Shown here one piece after another: positions 36,972-46,491 of a stretch of DNA of 64,000 nucleotides. Numbering within the stretch: position 1 is the stretch's first letter; the number at the start of each line of letters is the position of its first letter. The translations under genes were made by a program, and so were the position numbers. This DNA is from Candidatus Binataceae bacterium (GTDB lineage Bacteria; Desulfobacterota; Binatia; Binatales; Binataceae): positions 6,087-70,086 of the forward strand of contig JBEKJC010000019.1 of assembly GCA_050011435.1 (NCBI GenBank), read 5' to 3'. The notes beneath the pieces were generated by a model. That model was not told the DNA's origin. It searched no databases and was given only the letters and a program-made list of their open reading frames with translations.

Positions 36972-37910
36972 ATGGAAGTAGCGCTCAAAGTTGACGTCGA
37001 TACGCATCAGGGGCTCGGCGAGGGTGTGCCGCGTCTGATGCGCGCGCTGAATGAAGCCGGCGTCACGGCGACATTTTTCGTGGCGATGGGTCCCGATAAC
37101 TCCGGTCGTGCGATCGTCCGCGTGCTCAGGAATCCCGGGTTTCTCAAGAAGATGCGGCGGACGCGCGCGGTCGCGATGTACGGTTTGCGGACCGTCTTGT
37201 CCGGGACCTTGCTGCCGGCGCGGCCAATCGCGCTCGCCTTTCCCGAGGTGATGCGCGAGCTCGCGCGTTCAGGCTTTGAGGTCGGCGTCCATGGCTACGA
37301 TCACGTGCTGTGGCAGGATCGCCTCGACGAGATCGGTGATGGCGGAATACGCGGCGAGGTCGAGGAGGCGTTCGAGGCCTTTCGCGCGGTGATGGGTGAA
37401 GCGCCGCGATCCTTCGCGGCGCCCGGATGGCGCACCTCAGCGGCGGCGCTCAGGGCGCTCGATACGCTCGCCCTGGATTATCGCAGCGACACGCGCGGCA
37501 GCGCCCCTTACCGATGCGCGATCGGTGGCGAGACCTTCGCCACTCCGGAAATTCCGACGACGCTGCCGACGATGGACGAGGTAATGGGCCCGGAACTTGC
37601 CGACCGCGCTGCGATCGTGCGTTTCTATCTCGATCGAGTCAGTTCGACGGCGCTTAACGTCCATACGATCCATGCTGAGACCGAAGGCTTGGGCCAGATT
37701 GAAATTTTCGTCGCGCTGGTTCGCGCGCTCAAGGAGCGCGGCGCCCGCTTCGTGCGGCTGCGCGAAGTCGCGACTGCGCTCGATCGTACGGCGTTGCCGG
37801 TTTGCGAGGTCGTGCGCACGACGCTGCCGGGCCGCGCCGGATGGATCTCGGCACAGGGTCCGGCGCGCGCCGAGGTTGCGTCTGCTGACGCAGCGACCGC
37901 GAGACTGTAA
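36972..37910 (+). CDS. arnD: 4-deoxy-4-formamido-L-arabinose-phosphoundecaprenol deformylase (ArnD-type polysaccharide deacetylase)
   Basis: LKVDVDTHQGLGEGVPRLMRALNEAGVTATFFVAMGPDNSGRA, PEIPTTLPTMDEVMG and VHTIHAETEG are colinear with remembered E. coli ArnD. Confidence 0.9.
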   Translation: MEVALKVDVDTHQGLGEGVPRLMRALNEAGVTATFFVAMGPDNSGRAIVRVLRNPGFLKKMRRTRAVAMYGLRTVLSGTLLPARPIALAFPEVMRELARSGFEVGVHGYDHVLWQDRLDEIGDGGIRGEVEEAFEAFRAVMGEAPRSFAAPGWRTSAAALRALDTLALDYRSDTRGSAPYRCAIGGETFATPEIPTTLPTMDEVMGPELADRAAIVRFYLDRVSSTALNVHTIHAETEGLGQIEIFVALVRALKERGARFVRLREVATALDRTALPVCEVVRTTLPGRAGWISAQGPARAEVASADAATARL

Positions 37911-37964
37911 GGCCGCCACGTTTTCGTGGTAGGTTCTGCCGAACTTTCATTGAGGAGACGCCAA

Positions 37965-39158
37965 ATGCCCGCAGCGCATCAGATTGCCGACAGTCCACAG
38001 GAAATTGGCCTCGATCCTGCCAAGGTCGAGGAACTGTTCAAGCGCGCCGAGCGCGAGGTCACCGAGGGCTTGTTGCCGTCATGCCAGATCGCGATCGCGC
38101 GCAACGGCAAGATCGGCGCGATGAAATCCTTCGGCCGCGCGGTTCAGGGTGGTGCGGAGAAGCCGGTGACTGACGACACGCTCTACTGCGTATTCTCATG
38201 CACCAAGGCGATTATGTCGTCGGCGACCTGGGTTCTGATCGGGGACGGTAAGCTTCAGATCGGCGAGCGTGCGGCGGATATCGTGCCGGAGTTCGGCAGC
38301 AACGGCAAAGAGACAATTACAGTCGAGCAACTTTTGCTACATGTAGGCGGATTTCCGAATGCGCCGTTTCCGCAGGCGGATTGGAACAGCCACGAGAAAC
38401 GGCTCGAGCGTTTCAAATCGTGGCGGCTGGAATTCCCGGTAGGCCAGCGCTTCGTCTATCATCCGACTTCGGGATTCTGGGTGCTCGCTGAAATTATCGA
38501 GCGGCGCACCGGCCAGGACTTTCGCGCTTTCGTGCGCGACCGGATTGCGCGGCCGCTCGGACTACCGGCATTGCGCGTGGGACTGCCGCGCGCGGAACAC
38601 GCCCGCATCGCCGACCTCGTGTGGGCCGGAAAAAATCTGACGCCCGAGGATTACCAGAAAATGGGCGTGCCGGCGCCGCCCGCGACCGAAGTTACCGAGG
38701 ACGCGATTCTGGGTTTCAACAGTGCGGTGGTGCGCGAATCCGGCGTGCCGGGCGGCGGTGGTATTATGACCGCGGCCGATTTGGCGCTGTTCTACCAGGG
38801 CGTGTTGCACAATCCGCCGGTCGCCGGCGGCAAGCCGATCTGGCAACCGGCCGCGCTGCAAGAGGCCTTGCGCCCGCGCTCGGGCGATTACTTTGATCCA
38901 ATCTTCAAGTACAAGTGCAATCGCGCGCTCGGCGTTATAGTGGCGGGCGACGACGGCATGGCGAACTATCGCGGCTTCGGCAAAACCAATTCACCACTGG
39001 CGTTTGGACACGGCGGGGCGGGCGGTCAAATCGGATGGGGCGATCCGGCGACCGGAATCTCGCTCGGCTACTGCACCAATGGCTTCGACCGCAACGAAAT
39101 CAGGCAGGGACGGCGCGGCGTCGCGCTTTCGAGCATGGCCGCGGTCTGCGCCGCCTGA
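37965..39158 (+). CDS. Beta-lactamase-fold serine hydrolase (family VIII esterase / PBP-like)
   Basis: S-x-x-K motif in VFSCTKAIMSSATW and C-terminal FGHGGAGGQIGW. The track ORF is trimmed to the ATG at 37965, which is preceded by GAGGAG. Confidence 0.8.
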   Translation: MPAAHQIADSPQEIGLDPAKVEELFKRAEREVTEGLLPSCQIAIARNGKIGAMKSFGRAVQGGAEKPVTDDTLYCVFSCTKAIMSSATWVLIGDGKLQIGERAADIVPEFGSNGKETITVEQLLLHVGGFPNAPFPQADWNSHEKRLERFKSWRLEFPVGQRFVYHPTSGFWVLAEIIERRTGQDFRAFVRDRIARPLGLPALRVGLPRAEHARIADLVWAGKNLTPEDYQKMGVPAPPATEVTEDAILGFNSAVVRESGVPGGGGIMTAADLALFYQGVLHNPPVAGGKPIWQPAALQEALRPRSGDYFDPIFKYKCNRALGVIVAGDDGMANYRGFGKTNSPLAFGHGGAGGQIGWGDPATGISLGYCTNGFDRNEIRQGRRGVALSSMAAVCAA

Positions 39159-39199
39159 CGCAGCCCGACCCAGGCGCGGCGCATTGCGAGCGATCGCCT

Positions 39200-40495
39200 C
39201 TACGCCCGGAAAGGGTTTTCGATCACGATCGTGGCCTCGCGGCCGGCGCCGACGCCGACCATCGCGAGCTTGACGCCGCTTAGCTCGCTGATTCGTTCGA
39301 GGTAACGTCGTGCGCTCTCGGGCAAGTCCGCGAGGCTGCGCACCTCTGTGATGTCCTCGCTCCAGCCCGGCAATTCCTCGTAAATCGGCTTGACCTTTTC
39401 GAGCAGATGACGCCCCGGCGGAATTTCGCTGTAGCGCGTGCCGCGAAGTTCGTAGGCAACGCAGATCTTCACCGGGTCGATACCGGTGAGCACGTCGAGC
39501 TTGGTCAGCGCCAGGCCCCACATGCCGTTGAGCCGAGCCGCGTGGCGTGCGAGCACCGCGTCGTACCAACCGATCCGCCGCGGGCGGCCGGTCGCGCTGC
39601 CGAACTCGTCGCCCTCGATGCGTAGCGCGTCGCCGAGTTTGCCTTTGATTTCGCTCGGGAACGGTCCGCCACCGACCCGCGTGGTGTACGCCTTGGCGAT
39701 TCCGAGCACGCAATCGAGCTTGCCCGGCGCCACGCCCGCACCGCCAAAGACCGCGCTCGCGCCGCAATTCGATGAAGTGACGTACGGATAGGTGCCGTGA
39801 TCGATATCCAGCATCACGCCATGTGCGCCTTCGAACAGGACGCGTCTGCCCGCGCCGATCGCGTCGGCCAGAAGCACCGAGGTGTCGCCGAGGTAGCGCG
39901 TCAGCCGCGCGCGCACCTTGCGCATCTGCTCGACGATCTCGGCGCCGTTGACCGGCTTCGCCTTGAGCACTGCCTTGAGGTAGAGATTTTTCTCCCGAAT
40001 GTTGCGCTCGAGTTTCTCCTTGAAGGTGGCGAAGCTCGAGAGGTCGTCGAAGCGCAGGCCCACGCGCGCCATCTTGTCCTCGTAAGCCGGACCGATGCCG
40101 AAGCCGGTGGTGCCGATCGCGTTCTTGCCGAGGCGCGCTTCGCGGGCGCGATCGATCGCGCGATGGTACGGCATCACCATGTGGGCGTCGTAGCTCAGGC
40201 GCAGCAGCGCGTCGTCCTCGAGATGATTGCGCCGCTTGAGGCTGTCGATTTCCTCGACCAGTGCGATCGGATCGACCACCGCGCCGTTGCCGATCACGCA
40301 GAGCTTGCCCGCATGCAGCGCGCCCGCCGGCACCAGCCGCAGGATGAATTTCTCGCCATTGACGACCAGCGTATGCGCCGCGTTGTTGCCGCCCTGAAAG
40401 CGCACGATAACGTCGGCGTCAGCGGCGAGCAGGTCAACGATTTTGCCTTTGCCTTCGTCGCCCCATTGCGAGCCGACCACAGCCACAGTTTTCAT
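39200..40495 (-). CDS. purA: Adenylosuccinate synthetase
   Basis: VVGSQWGDEGKGKIVD, GTTGFGIGPAYEDK and TTRVGGGPFPSE are the full-length PurA signature. Confidence 0.95.
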   Translation of the reverse strand: MKTVAVVGSQWGDEGKGKIVDLLAADADVIVRFQGGNNAAHTLVVNGEKFILRLVPAGALHAGKLCVIGNGAVVDPIALVEEIDSLKRRNHLEDDALLRLSYDAHMVMPYHRAIDRAREARLGKNAIGTTGFGIGPAYEDKMARVGLRFDDLSSFATFKEKLERNIREKNLYLKAVLKAKPVNGAEIVEQMRKVRARLTRYLGDTSVLLADAIGAGRRVLFEGAHGVMLDIDHGTYPYVTSSNCGASAVFGGAGVAPGKLDCVLGIAKAYTTRVGGGPFPSEIKGKLGDALRIEGDEFGSATGRPRRIGWYDAVLARHAARLNGMWGLALTKLDVLTGIDPVKICVAYELRGTRYSEIPPGRHLLEKVKPIYEELPGWSEDITEVRSLADLPESARRYLERISELSGVKLAMVGVGAGREATIVIENPFRA

Positions 40496-40580
40496 TGCGA
40501 GTGTCCAGGGCGGACCCGCCGCGCGACGGGCCGCATCAGGCCGCGCGCACGTTGCGCTTCGATGCTCCAGCGGCGGCCGT

Positions 40581-42176
40581 TCAAAGTTTTATCTGGGTTG
40601 CGGCGGTGATCGCCGGAATCGTTTTGAGCTTTTCGAGCAGGGCGGCCGGCACCGGACCGTCGATCTCGAAAAGACTGAGCGCGGTCCCGCCGACGCGGTC
40701 GCGTCCGAGTTTGAGGCCCGCGATGTTGACCCCTGCCTCTCCTAGTATGGTGCCGATCGCGCCCACCACGCCGGGTACGTCGCGGTTGTGCAGCATCAGG
40801 AAGTAGCCTTCGGGCGCCGCTTCGACGCGATAGCCGTCGATCCGAATCAGCCGCAGCGCCCGATTTCCAAACACCGCGCCGGTGACTTCATGAGTCGTGG
40901 TGGACGTGCGCACGGTGATCGTCAGGATGTTGCGATAGTCGGTGGTCTCGCGCGAACGAATCTCGGTGATCTTGATGCCGCGATCGCGCGCGATGTACGG
41001 GGCGTTGACGAAGTTTAATTCTTGATCGAGAAACCCGCTCAGCAGCCCCTTGAGCACCGAGGCGATGATGGGCTCCGCGTTGAGGCTTGCGGCCTCGCCG
41101 GCAAAGCCCACGGTCACATGGGTCGGCGCCTCGCCGATGAGCTGAGCCGCGAGTCGTCCGAGTTTCTCGCCCAGCGTCAGATGCGGCCCCAGCACCTCGA
41201 GTTCCTGCACCGACAGCGCCGGGATATTCACCGCATGACGAATCGTCCCTTCGATCAGGAAGTCGGCGATCTGCTGGGCGATATCCACCGCGACCTGGAC
41301 CTGTGCCTCGTCGGTCGCGGCGCCCAGATGCGGTACCGCAATCACGTTGGCGTGATGAATCAGCGGATGGTCCGGGGGCGGGGGCTCCTGCACAAAAACG
41401 TCGAGCGCCGCGCCCGCCACCTTGCCCGAGTTCAACGCGTCGAGCAGCGCCGACTCATCGACAATTCCACCGCGAGCGCAATTGATGATGCGTACGCCCT
41501 TGCGCATCATCGCGAACGCGGCGGGACCGACGATTCCGCGGGTTTCATCGGTCAGCGGCGCGTGCACCGTGATGAAGTCCGATCGCTTGAAAAGCTCGTC
41601 GAGACTCACCAACTCGATTCCTGCGCGCGCCGCCGCCTCGGCCGTGAGGATCGGATCGAAGCCGATGACCTTCATCTTGAGGCCCATCGCGCGGTCGGCG
41701 ACGATGCGCCCGATGTTGCCGAGGCCGATCACGCCGAGCGTCTTGCTGCACATCTCGACGCCCGTGAACTTGCCGCGCTCCCACTTGCCCGCGCGCAGGG
41801 CGGCATTCGCCTCCGGTATATGGCGCGCCATCGCCATCATCAGCGAGATCGTGTGCTCGGCCGTGGTAACGCTATTGCCGAGCGGGCTGTTCATCACCAC
41901 GATACCCCGACGCGTGGCCGCCTCGAGATCGACATTGTCCACGCCAACGCCTGCGCGTCCGATCACTTTGAGGGACGCGGCCGCCTCGATCACTTCGTGC
42001 GTCACCTTGGTCGCACTGCGAATCACCAGGGCGTGATACGGCGCGATGATCCCGGCGAGCTCCGCCGGTTGCAGTCCCGTTTTGACGTCGACGCTGATCC
42101 GCGGATAGCGCTTGAACACGTCGATTCCCTGGCTGGCCAGGGAATCGCTCAGCAGGACGCGGAAGTTTTCCGCCAT
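40581..42176 (-). CDS. serA: D-3-phosphoglycerate dehydrogenase (long form with ASB/ACT C-terminal domains)
   Basis: GVIGLGNIGRIVADRA NAD-binding motif, RGGIVDE, and a C-terminal ACT-like region (MLHNRDVPGVVGAIGTILGEAGVNIAGL). The start at 42176 (MAENFRVLLSD) is preferred over 42206. Confidence 0.9.
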   Translation of the reverse strand: MAENFRVLLSDSLASQGIDVFKRYPRISVDVKTGLQPAELAGIIAPYHALVIRSATKVTHEVIEAAASLKVIGRAGVGVDNVDLEAATRRGIVVMNSPLGNSVTTAEHTISLMMAMARHIPEANAALRAGKWERGKFTGVEMCSKTLGVIGLGNIGRIVADRAMGLKMKVIGFDPILTAEAAARAGIELVSLDELFKRSDFITVHAPLTDETRGIVGPAAFAMMRKGVRIINCARGGIVDESALLDALNSGKVAGAALDVFVQEPPPPDHPLIHHANVIAVPHLGAATDEAQVQVAVDIAQQIADFLIEGTIRHAVNIPALSVQELEVLGPHLTLGEKLGRLAAQLIGEAPTHVTVGFAGEAASLNAEPIIASVLKGLLSGFLDQELNFVNAPYIARDRGIKITEIRSRETTDYRNILTITVRTSTTTHEVTGAVFGNRALRLIRIDGYRVEAAPEGYFLMLHNRDVPGVVGAIGTILGEAGVNIAGLKLGRDRVGGTALSLFEIDGPVPAALLEKLKTIPAITAATQIKL

Positions 42177-42184
42177 GGTGTTTT

Positions 42185-43336
42185 TCAGATACTCCGCGCG
42201 ATGCATTCCTGGACCGCGGCTACGCCTGCTCCAATCGCGAAGCGATGGCCTAGCCGCGCCAGTCCGATTTCGAGCGCGCTCACTGCCGCCAGCATATCCA
42301 GCGGTCCAAGGTAGCCCATGTGGCCGATGCGCACGAGCTTGCCCTTCAATTGATCCTGTCCGCCCTGCACCGACACGCCGAGATCGTCGCGCATCATGCG
42401 CACCAGCTTGGAGCCGTCGAATCCGGCGGGCGTGAGCAATCCGGTCACGCCGGGTGCGGGCGCATCGGGTGCTATCAATTTCAGGCCCAGTGGGATGGCG
42501 GCAGCGCGCGTCGCCTCGGCCATCAACCGATGTCGTGCATAGACCCTCGGGAGCGTTTCCGCGTGGATCAATTCGAGCGATTTGGCGAGCCCGAAAATCA
42601 GAGACACCGCCGGCGTCCAGGCGGTCAGATGATCGTCACGCTGGGCCTTGAGTTCGCGTGGCAGGTCGAAATAATAGCGCGGCGTGCGAGTTTTGGAGGC
42701 GCGCTCGAGCGCGCGAGCCGATAGCGCGATCATCGCCAGCCCCGGTGGAAGCATCAGGGCCTTCTGACTGCCCGTCAGGTAGGCGTCCACACCCCATTCG
42801 TCCATCTTCTGCTCTAACACGCCGACCGAAGTGATCCCGTCCACGACCAGCATCACGTCGCGCCCGCGAGTCAGTGCGCCGATTTCAGCTATCGGATGTA
42901 GCGCGCAGGTCGAGGTTTCACTCGCTTGCACGAACAGCGCACGCGCCTGCGGATGCGCGCGAAGCGCGTCCTCGATCTGTTCGGGACGCACCGCACGGCC
43001 CCATTCGACCATTACCTCATGCCCGACCATCGCGTTCGCCGCGAGCAGCTTGCCCCAGCGCTCGCCGAACTTGCCGCCGTTGACGTAAATCGCATGGTCC
43101 CCAGGGGCCAGCACATTGGTCACCGCGGCTTCCATCGCACCGGTCCCGCTCGACGCCAGTAGAATGACTTCCTGGTGCGTGCCGAACAGCGGCTGCATCA
43201 GCCCCCGCGCGTGATCGAGTATGGCGCTGAACTCGGGCGTCCGATGATGAATAATCGGGCGCGCCATTTCCAGCAGGACTTCCGGCGGAACCGACACCGG
43301 TCCGGGAGTGAAGAGGTATTTCTTTAAAGCTGGCAC
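42185..43336 (-). CDS. Class-V PLP aminotransferase (AGXT/serine-glyoxylate/phosphoserine aminotransferase type)
   Basis: LFTPGPVSVPPEVLLEM and TGSQKALMLPPGLAMI (PLP-binding Lys) are class-V motifs. Its position directly upstream of serA suggests a role in serine biosynthesis. Confidence 0.85.
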   Translation of the reverse strand: MPALKKYLFTPGPVSVPPEVLLEMARPIIHHRTPEFSAILDHARGLMQPLFGTHQEVILLASSGTGAMEAAVTNVLAPGDHAIYVNGGKFGERWGKLLAANAMVGHEVMVEWGRAVRPEQIEDALRAHPQARALFVQASETSTCALHPIAEIGALTRGRDVMLVVDGITSVGVLEQKMDEWGVDAYLTGSQKALMLPPGLAMIALSARALERASKTRTPRYYFDLPRELKAQRDDHLTAWTPAVSLIFGLAKSLELIHAETLPRVYARHRLMAEATRAAAIPLGLKLIAPDAPAPGVTGLLTPAGFDGSKLVRMMRDDLGVSVQGGQDQLKGKLVRIGHMGYLGPLDMLAAVSALEIGLARLGHRFAIGAGVAAVQECIARSI

Positions 43337-43659
43337 TATTTTTCAGAAAAATTGTAACTGATTCGTGGGGCCGAGGTGATCGCGGTCTTCCACGCAGGCG
43401 GAAATTCGTGTCCAATCCAAAAAAAAGCCCGGTGTCCGCATCCGCGGAACGCCAGACCCCAATGCGGTGTTATTGCGAGCCCGCCAGCCCCGTCCCTGTA
43501 AATTGGATAACGGAGCGACCACTGAGTGTCAAGGTGACCCCCCTGCGCCGGCGGGTGGATGTGGACGAAGGCGACCGGACTCCGCACCGCCCGATGGTGA
43601 ATTTCGTTCGGCGTGCGTTGAATGCAATCGCGCACCCATGCTTAAAGTGTGCTACCGCC

Positions 43660-44694
43660 ATGGCTATCGAATACGAAGTGCGCGACGGCGCGTTGGTCTG
43701 GATCAAGAATCCGGTCACCGGCGTTATCTCCTACGTAGTGGACGTGCGCGGCAAGAGTTTCGCCTTCACGCTGGGTGGGCGCGAGGAACTCAATCCCGAC
43801 CCCCCGCCGCTCGACGAAAAGACGCTGGCGAACGCGATTCGGTCCTGTCCGTTTTGTCCCGGCAACGAGGCGCAGGCGCCGTCCGAACTGATGCGCGTGA
43901 CGCCGGCCGAAATTCCCGGCTGGACCGGGGCGGGCAAAAGCGAGGGCGCGAGCTGGGCCATCCGCGTCTTCAACAACCTCTTCCCGCGCATCCCGGAGCA
44001 ACTGACCGGCGGGCGCAACGAGTCCTACGTGGTGGTCGAGGACCCGCGGCATTTTCTCGACCATCCGCGTTCGGTCAACGACCTGACCTTCACCGGCGCG
44101 CTCGGCGAGGAACATTTCTTTCATCTGATCATGACCGACGTGCGCCTGATGCGGCACGTCTTCCGCAATTCGGCCGTCCATTCGGTGGTGATTCGCAAAA
44201 ACCAGGGACGCGAGTCGGGCGCCTCCCAGCCGCATCCGCATCAGCAGATGATCGGATCGCCCGCGCCGCTGCCGGTCGTCGAGGCCGAGATGGCCGCCGA
44301 AGATCGCCATCCGGGTCTCTGGAACGAACTGATCGAACTGGTAGATCGCCTCGGCCTGATTATCGAACGGGCGGACGGAGTGGTGAGCTACTCGAGCCCG
44401 ATCGGCGCCTTCCCGCGCAGCTACGACGTCGTGATGCCGGAGTATCGCGGTCTGCTCACCGATCTTTCACCCGACGAATTGCGTCCGTTCGCGCGTTCCA
44501 TCTACCGCATCCTGCGAATTCTCGGGCCGCTGCCGCTCGATTACGAAATTCATCAGGGGGCGGGACTGCCGCTCCACGCGCATCTCAACGGACGGCTGTA
44601 TCCATACTCCAACGTCGCGGGCACGCTGAATCTGCCGAGCGTCCTGCCGCAAAACGTCGCGGCATTGCGCAAGGCGCTCGCCCGCAGCACTTAG
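43660..44694 (+). CDS. GalT-like HIT-superfamily nucleotidyltransferase/phosphorylase
   Basis: CPFCPGNE Zn-finger motif and SQPHPHQQMIG (H-x-H-x-Q active site), as in galactose-1-phosphate uridylyltransferase-like proteins. The track ORF 43408 is trimmed to the ATG at 43660 (MAIEYEV). Confidence 0.7.
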   Translation: MAIEYEVRDGALVWIKNPVTGVISYVVDVRGKSFAFTLGGREELNPDPPPLDEKTLANAIRSCPFCPGNEAQAPSELMRVTPAEIPGWTGAGKSEGASWAIRVFNNLFPRIPEQLTGGRNESYVVVEDPRHFLDHPRSVNDLTFTGALGEEHFFHLIMTDVRLMRHVFRNSAVHSVVIRKNQGRESGASQPHPHQQMIGSPAPLPVVEAEMAAEDRHPGLWNELIELVDRLGLIIERADGVVSYSSPIGAFPRSYDVVMPEYRGLLTDLSPDELRPFARSIYRILRILGPLPLDYEIHQGAGLPLHAHLNGRLYPYSNVAGTLNLPSVLPQNVAALRKALARST

Positions 44695-44704
44695 GCGCCC
44701 CGTG

Positions 44705-45475
44705 CTATTCGGCTTGCCACACCGGCTTGCGCTTCTCCAAGAACGCGCGGATACCTTCCTTCGCGTCCTTGCTCGACCGCACCATCCGCGCCATCTCGAC
44801 GATGTCCTCGTGCCACGCGTCGTTCGATTCATCGAGCGACCGCCGCATGCTCCGCTTCATCGTGCGCAGCGAAAGCGGGGCGTTGCTGGCGACCTTCTCC
44901 GCCCACGCGATCGCCGCCTCGTCGAGCTTCGCTGCCGGTACCACCTCGTGAACCATGCCCATCTGCAGCGCGCGCTGCGCGTCAACCGGCTCCGCGGTAT
45001 AGAGAATCTGCGAGGTATTGGCGGCGCCGATAATCTCGATCAGCTTGCGAATAAAGTTGTATGGGACGACCAGGCCGACGCGCGCGACCGTCATTCCCAT
45101 GCGCAGGTCGTCGGCGGCGACGCGCAAATCGCAATGCAACGCCAGCTCGCACCCGCCGGCCAAGGCGGCGCCCTGCACCGCCGCGACCACCGGCACCGGC
45201 AGATGTTCGAGCCGCTTGAAGATCCGCTCGAGGCTCACCGGATTATGACCGCCTTCGAGCCGCTCGGCCTCGGCCAGATCGATCCCCGAGCAGAAAGCGC
45301 GGCCGTTGCCGCGCAGGATCACGGCGCGGATACCCTTGTCGTCCTCGACCGACGCGACCGCCGCATCGAGCGCTTTCAGCATCGGTTCGTTGAGCGAATT
45401 GCGTTTCTCGGGGCGATTGAGCGTGAACGTCGCATAACTGCCGTGACGCTCTACCTTGAATAATTCATCGGCCAT
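44705..45475 (-). CDS. Enoyl-CoA hydratase/isomerase (crotonase) family protein
   Basis: ATFTLNRPEKRNSLN, RAFCSGIDL, VAAVQGAALAGGCELALHCDLRVAA and GIRAFLEKRKPVW. The track ORF is trimmed to the ATG at 45475. Confidence 0.85.
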   Translation of the reverse strand: MADELFKVERHGSYATFTLNRPEKRNSLNEPMLKALDAAVASVEDDKGIRAVILRGNGRAFCSGIDLAEAERLEGGHNPVSLERIFKRLEHLPVPVVAAVQGAALAGGCELALHCDLRVAADDLRMGMTVARVGLVVPYNFIRKLIEIIGAANTSQILYTAEPVDAQRALQMGMVHEVVPAAKLDEAAIAWAEKVASNAPLSLRTMKRSMRRSLDESNDAWHEDIVEMARMVRSSKDAKEGIRAFLEKRKPVWQAE

Positions 45476-45611
45476 CTCAGGAACTCCTTGCACATGACAA
45501 TTCGATTTTGTGGGCGAGCATCGCACGCCCCGCACGGATGCTTCAAGCGGCATTCGCCCGCAAAACTTTAAGCTTCAGGACTTCCCTTTTGCATGTGGGC
45601 TGCGCTCGCGA

Positions 45612-45643
45612 TGCTCGACGGCATGGGGTGCTCGACGGCATGG
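45612..45643. repeat. 15-nt perfect direct repeat x2 (tgctcgacggcatgg), 2-nt spacer
   Basis: Read directly from the sequence. It lies immediately 3-prime of the stop of the 45651-46418 crotonase gene. Confidence 0.5.
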
Positions 45644-45650
45644 AATGCCG

Positions 45651-46418
45651 CTATTCGCCTTTCCAGACCGGCTTGCGTTTTTCCAGAAACGCGCGCACGC
45701 CTTCCTTCGCGTCGTTGCTGGTGCGGACCGTGTTGCCCAGTTCATCGATATCCTTGTGATCGATTTCGAACGCCTTGCTCATCACGCGCTGGATGCTGAC
45801 CTTCATCGCGCGCACCGAGAGCGGCGCGTTGCCCGCGATCTTTGCCGCCCACACGTCGGCTGCCTGAACCAGTTGATCGTCCGGCACGACCTTGTGCAGC
45901 AATCCGATTTCGCGCGCACGCGCAGCGTCGAGCGGGTCGGCGAGGTACATGATTTCGGCGGTATTGGCCGGCCCGACAGTCTCGATAAAGCGGCGAAAGA
46001 TCGGGAAGGTCGGCAGGTAGCCGATTCGCGCCGGCGTCATCCCGAGGCGCGCGCCCTGCGCCGCGATTCTCAAGTCGCAGGTGAGCGCGAGCACCAGCCC
46101 GCCGGTGAGAGTGTCGCCCTGCACGGCCGCGATCGTCGGTACCGGCAGCTTCTGCAACCGCGTGAAGATCCGCTCGGGCGCGGGGGCGCCGGCGGAACCG
46201 ATTTGGCCGATCTCGCGAAGATCGATTCCCGAGCAGAAGGCGCGCCCCTCGCCGCGCAGGACTACCGCACGGACGTCGGGTGATTTTTCGATGGTCGCAA
46301 GCTCGGCGTCCAGCGCCTCGAACAGCACCTGGTTGAGCGCATTGCGCTTTTCCGGGCGGTTGAGAATCAGCGTTACGTAATTTGGATGACGTTCGACCTT
46401 GAGTACGTCGTCGGCCAT
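45651..46418 (-). CDS. Enoyl-CoA hydratase/isomerase (crotonase) family protein, tandem paralog
   Basis: VTLILNRPEKRNALN, RAFCSGIDL, IAAVQGDTLTGGLVLALTCDLRIAA and GVRAFLEKRKPVW. Confidence 0.85.
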   Translation of the reverse strand: MADDVLKVERHPNYVTLILNRPEKRNALNQVLFEALDAELATIEKSPDVRAVVLRGEGRAFCSGIDLREIGQIGSAGAPAPERIFTRLQKLPVPTIAAVQGDTLTGGLVLALTCDLRIAAQGARLGMTPARIGYLPTFPIFRRFIETVGPANTAEIMYLADPLDAARAREIGLLHKVVPDDQLVQAADVWAAKIAGNAPLSVRAMKVSIQRVMSKAFEIDHKDIDELGNTVRTSNDAKEGVRAFLEKRKPVWKGE

Positions 46419-46491
46419 GGCAACCTCGCGCTTTCAGTTCGGGATTTTCCCGACAATCGCACGCCCGCGCCGCCCGCATCAAGCGAAGGTG

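Noticed and set aside
42185-43336. The class-V aminotransferase as the missing ArnB of the arn cluster.
   Set aside because: ArnB belongs to the DegT/DnrJ/EryC1 family (fold type I, different motifs). This gene has AGXT/SerC-like class-V motifs. It is 4 kb away on the other strand and abuts serA, which fits serine metabolism.
45603-45617. An identical 15-mer, cgctcgcgatgctcg, at 45603-45617 and 49406-49420, as a possible dispersed intergenic repeat.
   Set aside because: A single shared 15-mer in 64 kb of GC-skewed DNA on two strands is about what chance predicts. The flanking bases do not extend the match.
45612-45643. The direct repeat in the crotonase spacer as a CRISPR-like array.
   Set aside because: There are only two 15-nt copies with a 2-nt spacer, and no cas genes. 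I saw no CRISPR-like periodic repeats anywhere else in the window.
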